Shown here piece by piece: positions 30,414-40,240 of a stretch of DNA of 64,000 bases; positions within the stretch are counted from its first letter, which is position 1; the number at the start of each line of letters is the position of its first letter. The stretch is from NCBI GenBank assembly GCA_963764165.1, contig CAVXRD010000003.1, forward strand, positions 320,001-384,000. Direction: 5' to 3'. The DNA comes from an uncultured Verrucomicrobiae bacterium (GTDB lineage: Bacteria > Verrucomicrobiota > Verrucomicrobiia > Limisphaerales > Palsa-1400). Both the position numbers and the translations under genes were made by a program. The notes beneath the pieces were generated by a model. The model did not search any database. It worked only from the letters and a program-made list of their open reading frames with translations, and was not told where the DNA came from.

Positions 30414-30440
30414 AGACAGGATGAACAGGATTTACAGGAT
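30414..30440. repeat. 9-bp-period tandem repeat (acaggat core, three copies)
   Basis: gacaggatg aacaggatt tacaggat. Confidence 0.7.
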
Positions 30441-30577
30441 GAAAGACAACGGCGACGCAATCACGTGCAGATCGGCATGGGCACCCATTTGCCAATCCCA
30501 AAGGGATTGGGCTTCGGGACTGCTGGGCCGGAGCGCCCGGGGGCGACCAAAGATGGATGCTGCACGCAAGCAACTTT

Positions 30578-30686
30578 GGGCGGAGCGCGGCTGTGTCGAA
30601 GACCAGCCGCAGCAACGTGGAATTGATCGGCGCACTTTGCAATGCGACGCGCTGCGGCTGGTCTTCGACCCAGCCGCGCTCCGCCT
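30578..30686. repeat. REP-like inverted repeat pair
   Basis: ggcggagcgcggctgtgtcgaagaccagccgcagc ... gctgcggctggtcttcgacccagccgcgctccgcc. Confidence 0.88.
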
Positions 30687-30832
30687 GAGGCGTTATTTCG
30701 ACCATTCATCCCTAATCACACCCGGAGCGCGCTCGGCGATGGAAAGCCGTCTCGCTATTCCACCGCTGGGAGCAAAGAACCAGCCTTTCCCGTCTAACTC
30801 TGTTGTCTGCGCGTTTACGGAACAATAATAAT

Positions 30833-33800
30833 ATGAAGACTCCTTCGATCGTCTCAATTGTCATTTTATTGACAGCCTCGATTGCGCCCCTTTTCGCGCA
30901 TGCGGACGAAAAACGACCGGGCCATCCCCTGCCCGCCCGTTTGCCTATATCACTGCGCGATTTCAAACTCACCGGTGATCTTACCAACGACACGGCGGCC
31001 TTCACGCTCACCGCCATCGCCAAGGTGGAGGAGGCGCATGGCGGCACACTGGAAATTCTCTCCGGCAATATCGCGCTGACTTCCTTCACCCAAGACCCAA
31101 AAATGCGCCTGCGCACGGAAGGCGACCGCTACACGCTTGTATTTGACAAGAAAGGCGAATATCCGGTGCGGCTCCAGTTCGATGCGGCGGTGGCGCAAGC
31201 AGGCGGATGGAACGCCGTGGCATTTCACGTCGCGCCCGGCGTCTTGCAGCCCATCGCGTTGCGCGGAATGGCTGCGGATTCGCAATTTCGATTTCCCGGC
31301 GCGGCCCGGCTTGATTGGAAGGACGGCCAATTTGCCAGTGTTCTGCCGGAAGACGGCAGCGTGAATCTTTCCTGGAAGGAGGCGCGGCGTGAGACCGAGG
31401 GCAAATTATTTTTCTCGGCGGAATTGCTGGAGCAAATCAGCGTCAGCCCGGGCTTGCTGCGCCAGGCGGCTTTGTTTCATTTCAAAGTCATGCAGGGCGA
31501 ATTGAATCGCGTCTCGGCGCGGCTGCATGGCGCTGGCGAAATCACCCGCGTGCAGGGAGACCAGGTGCTGTCATGGAATATCGAGGCCATTCCGCAATCC
31601 GCCGATCACCGGCTCGTGATCCAATTGAACCAGGCGCAGCGCGACCAGTTCGCGTTGCAAATCCAGGCCCAGCAGCCGCTCGGCGCGTTTCCGCAAACGG
31701 CGGAAGCCTTGCGGCTCAGTCCGGAGTTGGCCACGGGTTTTTCCGGTTCGGTGCGCGTCGTCAACGAAGGCGCAGTGCGCCTGGAAGTGGCGGCCAGCGG
31801 CGGCATGTCGCAAATTTCGCCGGAGCAATTTCCCGAATCCGACGCCACCCGCGCCGCGTTCCGGCCCGGCGGCAATCAGCGGTTCGCCTACCATTTCGCG
31901 GGCGGCGATTCCGCATTGCGCATCCAAGCCGATCAGATTCTGCCGGAACTTTCCGCCTCCGAACTGCTGAGTTATCACTACGGCGAGAGCGAAATTGATA
32001 TCGACGCCGAGATTGAATTGGACATCCGCGAAGCGCCCTTGCGCGAATTGTTGCTGCGCGTCCCGCGCGGATTCGCTGTCGCGCGCCTGAACGCGCCGTC
32101 GCTGAGCGACAGCGATTATGCGCTGTCCGGCCCGGCGGATTCCGCGCAGACGGATTTGCGCCTGACGTTCGGCCAGCCTCTTACCGGGAGGCAACTGATC
32201 CAGTTGCGGCTGGAGCGAAATCAGGGCGCGGGCGAAACAAACTGGAGCCTCCCGCGCATCGATGTGGCCAAGGCCGCCACCGTGCGTGGATTCGCGGGTT
32301 TGGCGGCGGATGCGGGCTTCCGCCTGACGACGGATCGCTCGCAGGGATTGACGGAGATGGCGCCGGCCTTCTTTCCCGGCAAGCTGCCCGGCATACAATC
32401 TTCCTTTCGCTTGACAGATCCCAATTGGTCGGCGGTTGTCAAAGTGGAACGCCTGCCCCAAACCGTCCAGGCCAGCGTGCTCCATTTGTTTTCCATTGGT
32501 GAAGGCATCGCCTACGGCAGCAGCGTCATCAACTACGTGATTTCCGGCGCGCCGGTTTCGAGTTTCCGAATCGAGTTATCCAACGATTGCGCGAATGTGG
32601 AATTCACCGGGAAAGACATCCGTGGCTGGCAGACCAACGCGGGCGGATACGTCGTGCAACTACACACGCCGGTCTCCGGCGCCTACACGCTGCTAGCCAC
32701 TTACGAGCGGCCCTTCAAGGCGCAAGGCGATCAAGTCGAGTTTGTGGGCGCGCGCCCGCTGGATGCGCAATCCGAGCAAGGCTACACGCTGGTGACCAGC
32801 GCCTATCAATTCCAGGTGAAACCGGAAGAAGTCTCCCCTGCCCTTCTCCCGCTGGAACCGGCCGAAGTGCCGCCCGAATACCGCCTTTTCACGGATGCGC
32901 CGCTGCTAGCCGCGTATCGCTACGGCTCGCGCCCGTTCAATTTGCGCCTTAGCTTGAGCCCGCTGGCGCAGGGCGATTCGCTGAAACAGGTCGTCGACCG
33001 CGCGTTGCTGGAGACGCACATCTCGAAGGAAGGCCAGGCGGTCACCTCGATTCGTTACTTCATCAAAAATCGCGGTCGCCCTGACTTTCGCTTGACAGTG
33101 CCGAAAAGCGCCCAACTTTGGTCGGCTCTCGTCAATGGCGTGGCTGCAACGCCGGTCGTCGATGGCCCCGCCAGCCTGATTCCGCTGCCGCAAAGCGCCG
33201 ATCCGAACGCGGTGCTGGAACTCGATTTGAAAATGGCCGCCGCCGCGGCGCAACCGGAACTCGTGCATATCGAAGCGCCTGTGACCGACGCGCCTGTCAT
33301 GCTGGCGGAATGGAAATTGGAACCGGATACGGGCCGCCGCCTCGTTTACCAAACCGGCAGTGTTTCCCCGGACGGCGGCACGGTGGATGTTTCGGGTTTC
33401 GCGCAACTGGCGCGCCTATGGCATGGAAAATCTTGGGCCGATTCGCGCGCCATCCAGCCGTCAAACATAACTTTGCTCGCGCCCGTGCAGCAGGCCGGAA
33501 GCCCTTTGAAAATCACAGTGCAAAATGTGCCAGTGAAAGAGGCCGCCACCGCCTGGATCGGTTGGATATGGCCGGCCGGAATCGCCGTCGTGGCGTGGAT
33601 CGCCGGATTGCTCTCCGGCGCTGTCATGAAGTTCCTTTGCCGCGCGGCCGCATGGACCCTTCTTGCATGGGCCGCATTGCGAACACCCAATGGCGCGGGC
33701 GCATTTATTTGGGTCTTGGTGGCGTGCGCCGCCATTCACGGGCTATGGCCGCTCTCCAGACGGCTGCGCCATTGGAAACCTCTCGCGCCTGGCGCGCCCG

Positions 33801-36800
33801 CCACGGCTGCGCTTTTGGCGTTTGGAATCTTTTGTTTGACTCAAAGTTCGGCTTTTGGCGACAGCGCTAATCCGGATTCGGTAACGCAAACAGTGCGGGT
33901 TGAGGATCGATTTGCATTGGGCTCAGCCAAAATTCACTGGCAGGCCGAGAAAGGACAATCGCTTTCCCTTGTGTCGAGCAATGCGGTTTTGACTGCGGCG
34001 CATTTTCCTGTTGAAGCGCTGGAGTTGGTTTCCGCAACCGGCAAGGATCGCATTGTTGCCAAAAAGACCGGCGCCTGGGATATCGATGTTCGCTACGAAG
34101 CCGCGCTGACGACGAATCAGGGGCAGATTGGCTTTAGCCTGCCGACGCCTAGCGGATTGGTAAATCGCTTGGAACTGACGGTGGCCGGACGTGATGTCGA
34201 TGCGGCGTCGCCTGATTCGGTTTCCACGCAGTGCGAATATGTGAGCAGCAACACGACCGCGCGATTCGTTCTAAAACCCGGTCCGGCGTGGATCGGATGG
34301 AAGCCCCGCAGCCGCGACGCGGCCAAGGAAAAAGCCGTGTTCTACGCCGAGATTTCGCCCGTTTACGTTCCGAGCGCCGGCGTTGTTGAAGGCATTCACG
34401 CGGTGGTGATTCGCCCCGCCCAAGGCGAAGTGGGCGAACTTCTTCTGCGCGTTCCCGCAGGCGCGACCGTGACGGATGTCTCGGGCGCGGGCGAAAGCAA
34501 GACAGTTGTGTCGGTCTGGCGCTTTGATCCGGACACGCGCCAATTGCGCGTCAACTTGAACCCGCCGCAATCGCGCTCCTTCACGCTTTCGGTGAGAACC
34601 CGCCAAGCGGTCGGGCCATTCCCAATCGAACAATCCATCGGGCTTCTGGGCGTTGAAAACGCCGCCAGCCAAATCGGCCTGGCGGGACTGGCGACGGGAA
34701 GCGACGTCCAGCTCGATTCCGCCACTGCGCCCGCATTTTCGCCGATTAATCTCGAAGATTTTCCCAGCGATGCCGTCGCGGCGCTGCAACCGGAGATTCC
34801 CGGCTTAACGCTCCGCCGCGCCTTCCGCTATACCAACAGCGCAGCCGCCATTTCCATTAAAGCCTCTGCGGTTGAGCCTGATGTGCGGGTGGAAACACAA
34901 GACACATTGTCACTCGGCGAAGATCGAACGGTGCTGGCGGATAACGTGACCTTGGACATTCGCCGGGCCGGAATTTTCGATTGGAGCTTCGCGCTTCCCG
35001 CCGGTTTTGAAGTCGAATCCATCAGCGGCGCTTCGCTGAGCCAATGGACGGAATCGAAATCCGGCGCGGATCGAATCATCACGCTGCATTTGCTCGGCAA
35101 GACCACCGGCGCGCAATCGTTCGCGCTGAGTTTGGCGGGCGCGGGCGTCAAGACGGCGCACGGCTGGACCGCGCCGCAAATTGTGATTCGCGAAGCCGCC
35201 AAACAACAGGGAACTTACATGATCGTGCCCGAACAGGGCATGCGCCTGCAAACCACCATCCGCGAAGGCTGCACGCAACTGGATCCGCAAAAGTCTGGCA
35301 TCCGCCAGCGCGGAGTGCTGGCCTTCCGCATTCTGCAAGCGCCGTCCAGGCTTGTTATTGACATCGACCAGGTCGATGCGTGGGTGCAAGTCACCGGCTG
35401 GCAGCACGCCGACATCAGCCAGGCGCAAATCAAGGTCAGCGCCAGCTTCCAATACCAGATTGAAAACACGGGACTGAAATCGTTCCGCCTGCGCCTGCCG
35501 ACGGAAGCGCAAGGCGTCCGCTTCCAAGGCGAACAGGTTGGCGATTTCCTTCAGGAACCCGGCCCGGCGACGAATGGCCTTCAGACGTGGGAAGTGAAAT
35601 TGCGCCGCCGCGTGATGGGGCCATTCCTGCTGCAATTGAATTACGAAATTCCGCTGACCTCGCAAACGGCATCGCTGTCCGTGCGGGGCATCGAAGCGCA
35701 GGACGTGAATTCGCAGCGCGGATTTGTCACGGTGCAATCCGACCCCCGCATTGAAGTGAGCGTGGACGCGGTGCCTGCCGCTTTGCAGCCGGCGGAGTGG
35801 CAAAGCATCCCGCGCGAGTTGAAACGCGATCTCCCCACCGCCGCCGCCAGCCTCGCCTACCGCCTGGTCGAACCTGGATTTCAACTGCCGTTGAAACTTG
35901 TGCGGCACGAAGCGGCGAAATTGCTGCCAGCCAGAGTCAACTATATTGAATTGAGCTCGGCCGTCGCCGATGACGGCGTCATGCTGACCCAGGCCCGGCT
36001 GGAGATTGTGCCGGGCGACAAGCGGCTGCTGAGTTTGAGCCTGCCGCCGACCGCGCGCTTTTGGTTTGCGTTCGTCAACGACAGCGGCGTCTGGCCCTGG
36101 CGCGATTCCACCAACGTGCTCATTCCGCTGGAGCAGCAATCCGCCGGGAACAAGCCGGCCACGGTCGAAATTTATTACAGTTGCCAGGCGGGGTCGGCTT
36201 CGGAAAGCGCGTTGAACATGGATCTCGCCGCGCCGAAATTTGATCTGCCGCTGGAAAACATCACGTGGCATGTCTCGCTCGGGCAAAAGTGGCATGTGCA
36301 GAGCAGCTCGGGAGCGCTGCAATTGGAGCGCGCCGAGACTGAGGCGGCGGCGGACCCCGCGAGCACGCAAGCGTATCTGGCCAACGAAACGAATCTCCGC
36401 AAAGCCCGCACCGCGGAAGCCGAGCAATTTCTCGCGCTCGGAAATAATTCGCTGCAAACCGGCGATCCGCAACAGGCCCGCCGCGCGTTCCAGGCGGCCT
36501 ACGGATTGTCGAGGGACGACGCCGCGTTCAACGAGGACGCGCGGGTGCAATTGCACAACGTCAAATTGCAGGAGGCCCTGATCGGTTTCAACGCGCGGCA
36601 ATCAAGCGTCTCCGGCGACGCTGGAGCGCTGGGCGGAAAATTCCGCGCACTGCGCGGCAATGCGGCGCTCAATTACACGCAGCAGGACGCCAAAGACATT
36701 CTTGACAACAATTCCGCCGACGACAACGCGGCCTTCATGCGCCAATCAGAGAAGCTGGTGCAGCAGCAGGACGCCGCCGTGACAACTCCCGCCGCCATTC

Positions 36801-37009
36801 GCGCGAACATCCCCCAGCAAGGCCAGCGCCTGACCTTTCGCCGCTCGGTGGCGGTGGATTCGTGGGCGAGCCTGAATGTCAGCGTTGAAACGGTGCTGGA
36901 GCGGCATGGTACCATCGCGGGGCGCGCGGTTATTTTGGGAGGCGTGCTCATTTTCTTTGCCATCATGGCCGCGTTCGAATCCGGCCTGCTCCGCCCGGCT
37001 CGCTCGTGA
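30833..37009 (+). CDS. Very large (2058-aa) exported/membrane protein of unknown function, internally duplicated
   Basis: Signal peptide, two similar beta-rich halves separated by a cluster of hydrophobic helices, C-terminal TM helix. Confidence 0.85.
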   Translation: MKTPSIVSIVILLTASIAPLFAHADEKRPGHPLPARLPISLRDFKLTGDLTNDTAAFTLTAIAKVEEAHGGTLEILSGNIALTSFTQDPKMRLRTEGDRYTLVFDKKGEYPVRLQFDAAVAQAGGWNAVAFHVAPGVLQPIALRGMAADSQFRFPGAARLDWKDGQFASVLPEDGSVNLSWKEARRETEGKLFFSAELLEQISVSPGLLRQAALFHFKVMQGELNRVSARLHGAGEITRVQGDQVLSWNIEAIPQSADHRLVIQLNQAQRDQFALQIQAQQPLGAFPQTAEALRLSPELATGFSGSVRVVNEGAVRLEVAASGGMSQISPEQFPESDATRAAFRPGGNQRFAYHFAGGDSALRIQADQILPELSASELLSYHYGESEIDIDAEIELDIREAPLRELLLRVPRGFAVARLNAPSLSDSDYALSGPADSAQTDLRLTFGQPLTGRQLIQLRLERNQGAGETNWSLPRIDVAKAATVRGFAGLAADAGFRLTTDRSQGLTEMAPAFFPGKLPGIQSSFRLTDPNWSAVVKVERLPQTVQASVLHLFSIGEGIAYGSSVINYVISGAPVSSFRIELSNDCANVEFTGKDIRGWQTNAGGYVVQLHTPVSGAYTLLATYERPFKAQGDQVEFVGARPLDAQSEQGYTLVTSAYQFQVKPEEVSPALLPLEPAEVPPEYRLFTDAPLLAAYRYGSRPFNLRLSLSPLAQGDSLKQVVDRALLETHISKEGQAVTSIRYFIKNRGRPDFRLTVPKSAQLWSALVNGVAATPVVDGPASLIPLPQSADPNAVLELDLKMAAAAAQPELVHIEAPVTDAPVMLAEWKLEPDTGRRLVYQTGSVSPDGGTVDVSGFAQLARLWHGKSWADSRAIQPSNITLLAPVQQAGSPLKITVQNVPVKEAATAWIGWIWPAGIAVVAWIAGLLSGAVMKFLCRAAAWTLLAWAALRTPNGAGAFIWVLVACAAIHGLWPLSRRLRHWKPLAPGAPATAALLAFGIFCLTQSSAFGDSANPDSVTQTVRVEDRFALGSAKIHWQAEKGQSLSLVSSNAVLTAAHFPVEALELVSATGKDRIVAKKTGAWDIDVRYEAALTTNQGQIGFSLPTPSGLVNRLELTVAGRDVDAASPDSVSTQCEYVSSNTTARFVLKPGPAWIGWKPRSRDAAKEKAVFYAEISPVYVPSAGVVEGIHAVVIRPAQGEVGELLLRVPAGATVTDVSGAGESKTVVSVWRFDPDTRQLRVNLNPPQSRSFTLSVRTRQAVGPFPIEQSIGLLGVENAASQIGLAGLATGSDVQLDSATAPAFSPINLEDFPSDAVAALQPEIPGLTLRRAFRYTNSAAAISIKASAVEPDVRVETQDTLSLGEDRTVLADNVTLDIRRAGIFDWSFALPAGFEVESISGASLSQWTESKSGADRIITLHLLGKTTGAQSFALSLAGAGVKTAHGWTAPQIVIREAAKQQGTYMIVPEQGMRLQTTIREGCTQLDPQKSGIRQRGVLAFRILQAPSRLVIDIDQVDAWVQVTGWQHADISQAQIKVSASFQYQIENTGLKSFRLRLPTEAQGVRFQGEQVGDFLQEPGPATNGLQTWEVKLRRRVMGPFLLQLNYEIPLTSQTASLSVRGIEAQDVNSQRGFVTVQSDPRIEVSVDAVPAALQPAEWQSIPRELKRDLPTAAASLAYRLVEPGFQLPLKLVRHEAAKLLPARVNYIELSSAVADDGVMLTQARLEIVPGDKRLLSLSLPPTARFWFAFVNDSGVWPWRDSTNVLIPLEQQSAGNKPATVEIYYSCQAGSASESALNMDLAAPKFDLPLENITWHVSLGQKWHVQSSSGALQLERAETEAAADPASTQAYLANETNLRKARTAEAEQFLALGNNSLQTGDPQQARRAFQAAYGLSRDDAAFNEDARVQLHNVKLQEALIGFNARQSSVSGDAGALGGKFRALRGNAALNYTQQDAKDILDNNSADDNAAFMRQSEKLVQQQDAAVTTPAAIRANIPQQGQRLTFRRSVAVDSWASLNVSVETVLERHGTIAGRAVILGGVLIFFAIMAAFESGLLRPARS

Positions 37010-37011
37010 GC

Positions 37012-37100
37012 GGGGAGCGCGATTGTCTCGGCGGCGGTTTTCGGCGTCTCGCCGAAAACTCTTGCAGCAAAGACTGGCTGGCGGGACGGTCGCGCTCCCC
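37012..37100. repeat. REP-like inverted repeat between convergent genes
   Basis: ggggagcgcgattgtc ... gacggtcgcgctcccc with an internal ttttcggcg/cgccgaaaa hairpin. Confidence 0.7.
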
Positions 37101-37111
37101 AAAACCGTTAT

Positions 37112-38110
37112 TTACACCTGCGGTGGAGTCGTTGGCGCCGCAGTATCTTCGGCGGCCTTATACTGCATCCGCGTCAAGGTGGAAAAGGCGTTCGGATGCC
37201 GGAGGTCGGCGTTGAATTCCGCGACGTGGTGGCGCTGCTTGGGATTGAAACCCCGATCAAGAATATACTTTGTCAATTCCTTGAACTCAGGCGTTTGTTT
37301 GACATCCGTCGACATAGCGTGAGGCTCGAGCGGAATATCCATGACAATCCTTGAACCCTCCTGCTGATCGGGCGGAAGGTCTGAAGTCCAGAATTGGGAT
37401 AAGACCACGACGCGCGTGCCAAGAAAAACCGCTTCCTCCAAATTGTGGGTCACGAAAATGACGGTCTTCTTGTAGCGCTCCCACAATTTCAGGATGAAGA
37501 TCTGCAAGTCTTCGCGCGTGCTGGCGTCCAGCGCGCCGTAGGATTCGTCCATGCAGATCAAGTCCGGCATTCCGAACAGGTCAATCGTAATGAGCGTCTG
37601 CGCGATGGCAACGCGCTGGCGCATGCCGCCGGATAATTCGGTCGGGTACTTGTCGCCGGCGTCGGAAAGGCGCATGTCGTCCAGATATTTGCGCGCCATG
37701 TCCCGCGCCTGCTTCCACCAGCTTCGCGAAAAGCGCTGGAGAATGCCCGCTTGAAACTCAAGGCCGAGAAGAATATTCCTCAGCACTGTCAAATGCGGGG
37801 CAATTCCGTAATTTTGAAAGACCACCCCCCGCGTGCGATCGGGAAATGACGGCAATTTCCCCAGCACCTCGAAGTGCTCAGCCCGCTGCACAATTTCCTG
37901 GCCAGTGAACAGTTTAAGCAAAGTCGATTTGCCGCAGCCGGAAGGCCCGACGAGCGAAACAAATTCGCCGCGGCTGACAATCAAATCGATATCGTTGAGA
38001 ACGGTTTTCACACGGCCATTGGCCGCGTCGTAATAGCCATGATAGGCATCCTCAAGATGGATGGCTTCGTTCCCTGTCAGCGCCGGTTTTGGTCTCGGAA
38101 TAAAATCCAT
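37112..38110 (-). CDS. ABC transporter ATP-binding protein (NitT/TauT type)
   Basis: GPSGCGKST, VFQ, LSGGMRQR, MDESYGALD, FVTH. Confidence 0.95.
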   Translation of the reverse strand: MDFIPRPKPALTGNEAIHLEDAYHGYYDAANGRVKTVLNDIDLIVSRGEFVSLVGPSGCGKSTLLKLFTGQEIVQRAEHFEVLGKLPSFPDRTRGVVFQNYGIAPHLTVLRNILLGLEFQAGILQRFSRSWWKQARDMARKYLDDMRLSDAGDKYPTELSGGMRQRVAIAQTLITIDLFGMPDLICMDESYGALDASTREDLQIFILKLWERYKKTVIFVTHNLEEAVFLGTRVVVLSQFWTSDLPPDQQEGSRIVMDIPLEPHAMSTDVKQTPEFKELTKYILDRGFNPKQRHHVAEFNADLRHPNAFSTLTRMQYKAAEDTAAPTTPPQV

Positions 38111-38114
38111 GATC

Positions 38115-38963
38115 TTAATCCTCGTTTGTGGTGTACCACCTGAACCACGGGAGCTTCAGCACGCCCTGCAAAATCAGATCGCTGGCATAGGCAAGCAAAG
38201 AAATGTAAATGACGTAAGGAATGATCAAGGCCATGTTCATGTATCGCTGCTGGAGATAGATTCGATAACCCAATCCTTCCGTGGCGGCGACGGCCTCCGC
38301 CGCAATGACGAAAATCCACGCGGCTCCGAGAGACACGCGAATCAAGTCGATCAAACGCGGCAGCATTTGCGGAGCGATTATCTTGTAGAGAACCTGGAAC
38401 TGGGTCGCTCCCAGCGTGAGCGCCTTGACGGTCAATTCATGCGGCATGCGCTCCGTCAGACCGGCGATGGTCCGCATCATGGGAATGCCAATGCCGAAGG
38501 CAATCAGGAACACTTTGGAATTCTCCCCCACTCCGAGCGCGACCAGCACGATCACCAAAACCGCGAGAGGATTGACGTTGGATAATCCAGTCACCAATGG
38601 CGACAGCAAAGCGCGAAATCCCGGAAACATTCCCATGGCGATTCCAATAAAATAACTCGCCACCGCGGCGATGCCGATGCCAATTCCGAGACGCTTCAAG
38701 CTGGCCTTGGTGTCTTCGACGAAGAGATTTTTGCCCGAGCGCCGATCTGGCACCGTGATAATGGTCTTCATTGCGTTGTACATTTGACGCACGGAAGGCA
38801 TCAGCTTGTCATCGGGATTTTTCAAGGCCCGGGCGTGGGAAACAAACATGTAGAGCCCGAGCAGCGCGGCCACCGGCAGCAGCCCAAGAAATCGCCCGAA
38901 GACCATGCCGGGCCGGGCGTGCAGGCCCCAAAACAGAGGAATTCTATGTTTCCGTTGTGTCAT
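38115..38963 (-). CDS. ABC transporter permease (NitT/TauT type)
   Basis: Multiple TM helices, KALTLGAT (EAA-like loop), GAAWIFVIAAEAVAATEGLGYRI. Confidence 0.93.
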   Translation of the reverse strand: MTQRKHRIPLFWGLHARPGMVFGRFLGLLPVAALLGLYMFVSHARALKNPDDKLMPSVRQMYNAMKTIITVPDRRSGKNLFVEDTKASLKRLGIGIGIAAVASYFIGIAMGMFPGFRALLSPLVTGLSNVNPLAVLVIVLVALGVGENSKVFLIAFGIGIPMMRTIAGLTERMPHELTVKALTLGATQFQVLYKIIAPQMLPRLIDLIRVSLGAAWIFVIAAEAVAATEGLGYRIYLQQRYMNMALIIPYVIYISLLAYASDLILQGVLKLPWFRWYTTNED

Positions 38964-39047
38964 GCTGCGTCGTCTGAATTCATGGACTGCAAATCGGTAC
39001 ACGTTGCGGGGCGGTGGTCAATTCGCATAAGAATCACGAGCAAACCC

Positions 39048-39118
39048 CGGTAGGGCGAGGCTCCTGCCGAGCCATTCCCCGGCACGGAAGGCGGCTCGGC
39101 AGGAGCCTCGCCCTACCG
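39048..39118. repeat. GTAG-type REP doublet inside the operon
   Basis: cggtagggcgaggctcctgccgagcc ... ggctcggcaggagcctcgccctaccg, perfect 26-bp arms. Confidence 0.92.
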
Positions 39119-39141
39119 AGCCTTATCAAGTTCGCTAGCGC

Positions 39142-40221
39142 CTACAGTTTTCCGCCAGCCGCAGCTTTTACGAATTCGCTGGTGTAATGGATTTTCACGT
39201 TTTTGGGATCGCCGATTATTTTTCCGCCCGGCAATTGAATGCCAATGAAATCAGGCGATTGCGCCCCCTGCCCCAAAAGTCCGTGGTCGAAACAGAATTT
39301 GGTGACTGTTTTCGCTGTGCTCTCAAGGGCCGGGCTTTCGATGAAAGCGATTCCGTCTTGCGGGGTGTAGAACATCTTCGTGGTTCGCAATTGCGCTTTG
39401 AATTCAGGCACTGTGCCGCCAGCGAACTTGGCCATGGCCTCAATCGCTTGATCGGCCTGCTTGCCCTGCCCTGACATGACGGCCATCGCTTCATACCACG
39501 CGCCGACCAGAGCCTTCTTGACAGCGGCGGGCGCATCGCGGCGCACAACCATCAGATCCTGGATTTCGCCGGGTATTTTTGAGGAGTCAAATATAAGTGT
39601 CGCTTTCGGGAGATTGCGCACCTGCATGAGAATGGGATTCCACGTCACGGTGGCTCCCTTATCTCCAGCGGTCGCGAAGGTGGCGCCGATGTTGGCGTCG
39701 GAAGTATTCACTTCGGTGACGTCGCCATCGTGCAACCCTCCGGCCTTCAGCGCCTGCGAGAGCAGATAGGACGAGACGGAATCTTTGACAATCAGGACCT
39801 GGCGGCCTTTGACGTCCTTGATGGTTTTGCCGTTGAAGAGGACCAAACCGTCATTGCCGTCCGAGTAATCTCCCACCACGAGCACATCGGAATCCACGCC
39901 GCCGGTGGCCGGCATATCGAGCGTATCCATGATGGTCATCGCGCAGCCCGCAGCCGCGCCGGACGTGTACTGATTGATGCTGGTGACGTAGTCGTTGATC
40001 AAAACGATTTCAACTTTGACCTTATACTTGTCAGCCCATTTCTTCATGATCCCGGAGTCGGCGATGTATTGCCATGGCTCCCATCCGGTGTAATGCGACC
40101 AGAGATAGCGATAGGGTTTGTCTGAATCATCTTCCCGCGCGACGGCCTTGAACGGAAGCAAAGTCCCGCATAACACGGCGGCAAGCGCGATTCCTGTTTT
40201 CCACATTTTCATATTTTGCAT
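39142..40221 (-). CDS. ABC transporter substrate-binding protein resembling the urea-carboxylase-associated (TIGR03427-like) family
   Basis: Signal peptide; WSHYTGWEPW..SGIMKKWADKY..INDYVTSINQYT, DYSDGNDG, SVSSYLL, VTWNP, IPGEIQDL. Confidence 0.88.
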   Translation of the reverse strand: MQNMKMWKTGIALAAVLCGTLLPFKAVAREDDSDKPYRYLWSHYTGWEPWQYIADSGIMKKWADKYKVKVEIVLINDYVTSINQYTSGAAAGCAMTIMDTLDMPATGGVDSDVLVVGDYSDGNDGLVLFNGKTIKDVKGRQVLIVKDSVSSYLLSQALKAGGLHDGDVTEVNTSDANIGATFATAGDKGATVTWNPILMQVRNLPKATLIFDSSKIPGEIQDLMVVRRDAPAAVKKALVGAWYEAMAVMSGQGKQADQAIEAMAKFAGGTVPEFKAQLRTTKMFYTPQDGIAFIESPALESTAKTVTKFCFDHGLLGQGAQSPDFIGIQLPGGKIIGDPKNVKIHYTSEFVKAAAGGKL

Positions 40222-40240
40222 TTCCTTTTTTGTATTCGAA

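Noticed and set aside
34910..36601. 563-aa minus-strand ORF, and similar long ORFs at 29100-30383, 23405-24673, 5774-6733 and 45174-46325
   Set aside because: Antisense shadows of well-supported genes in GC-rich DNA, with no motifs of their own.
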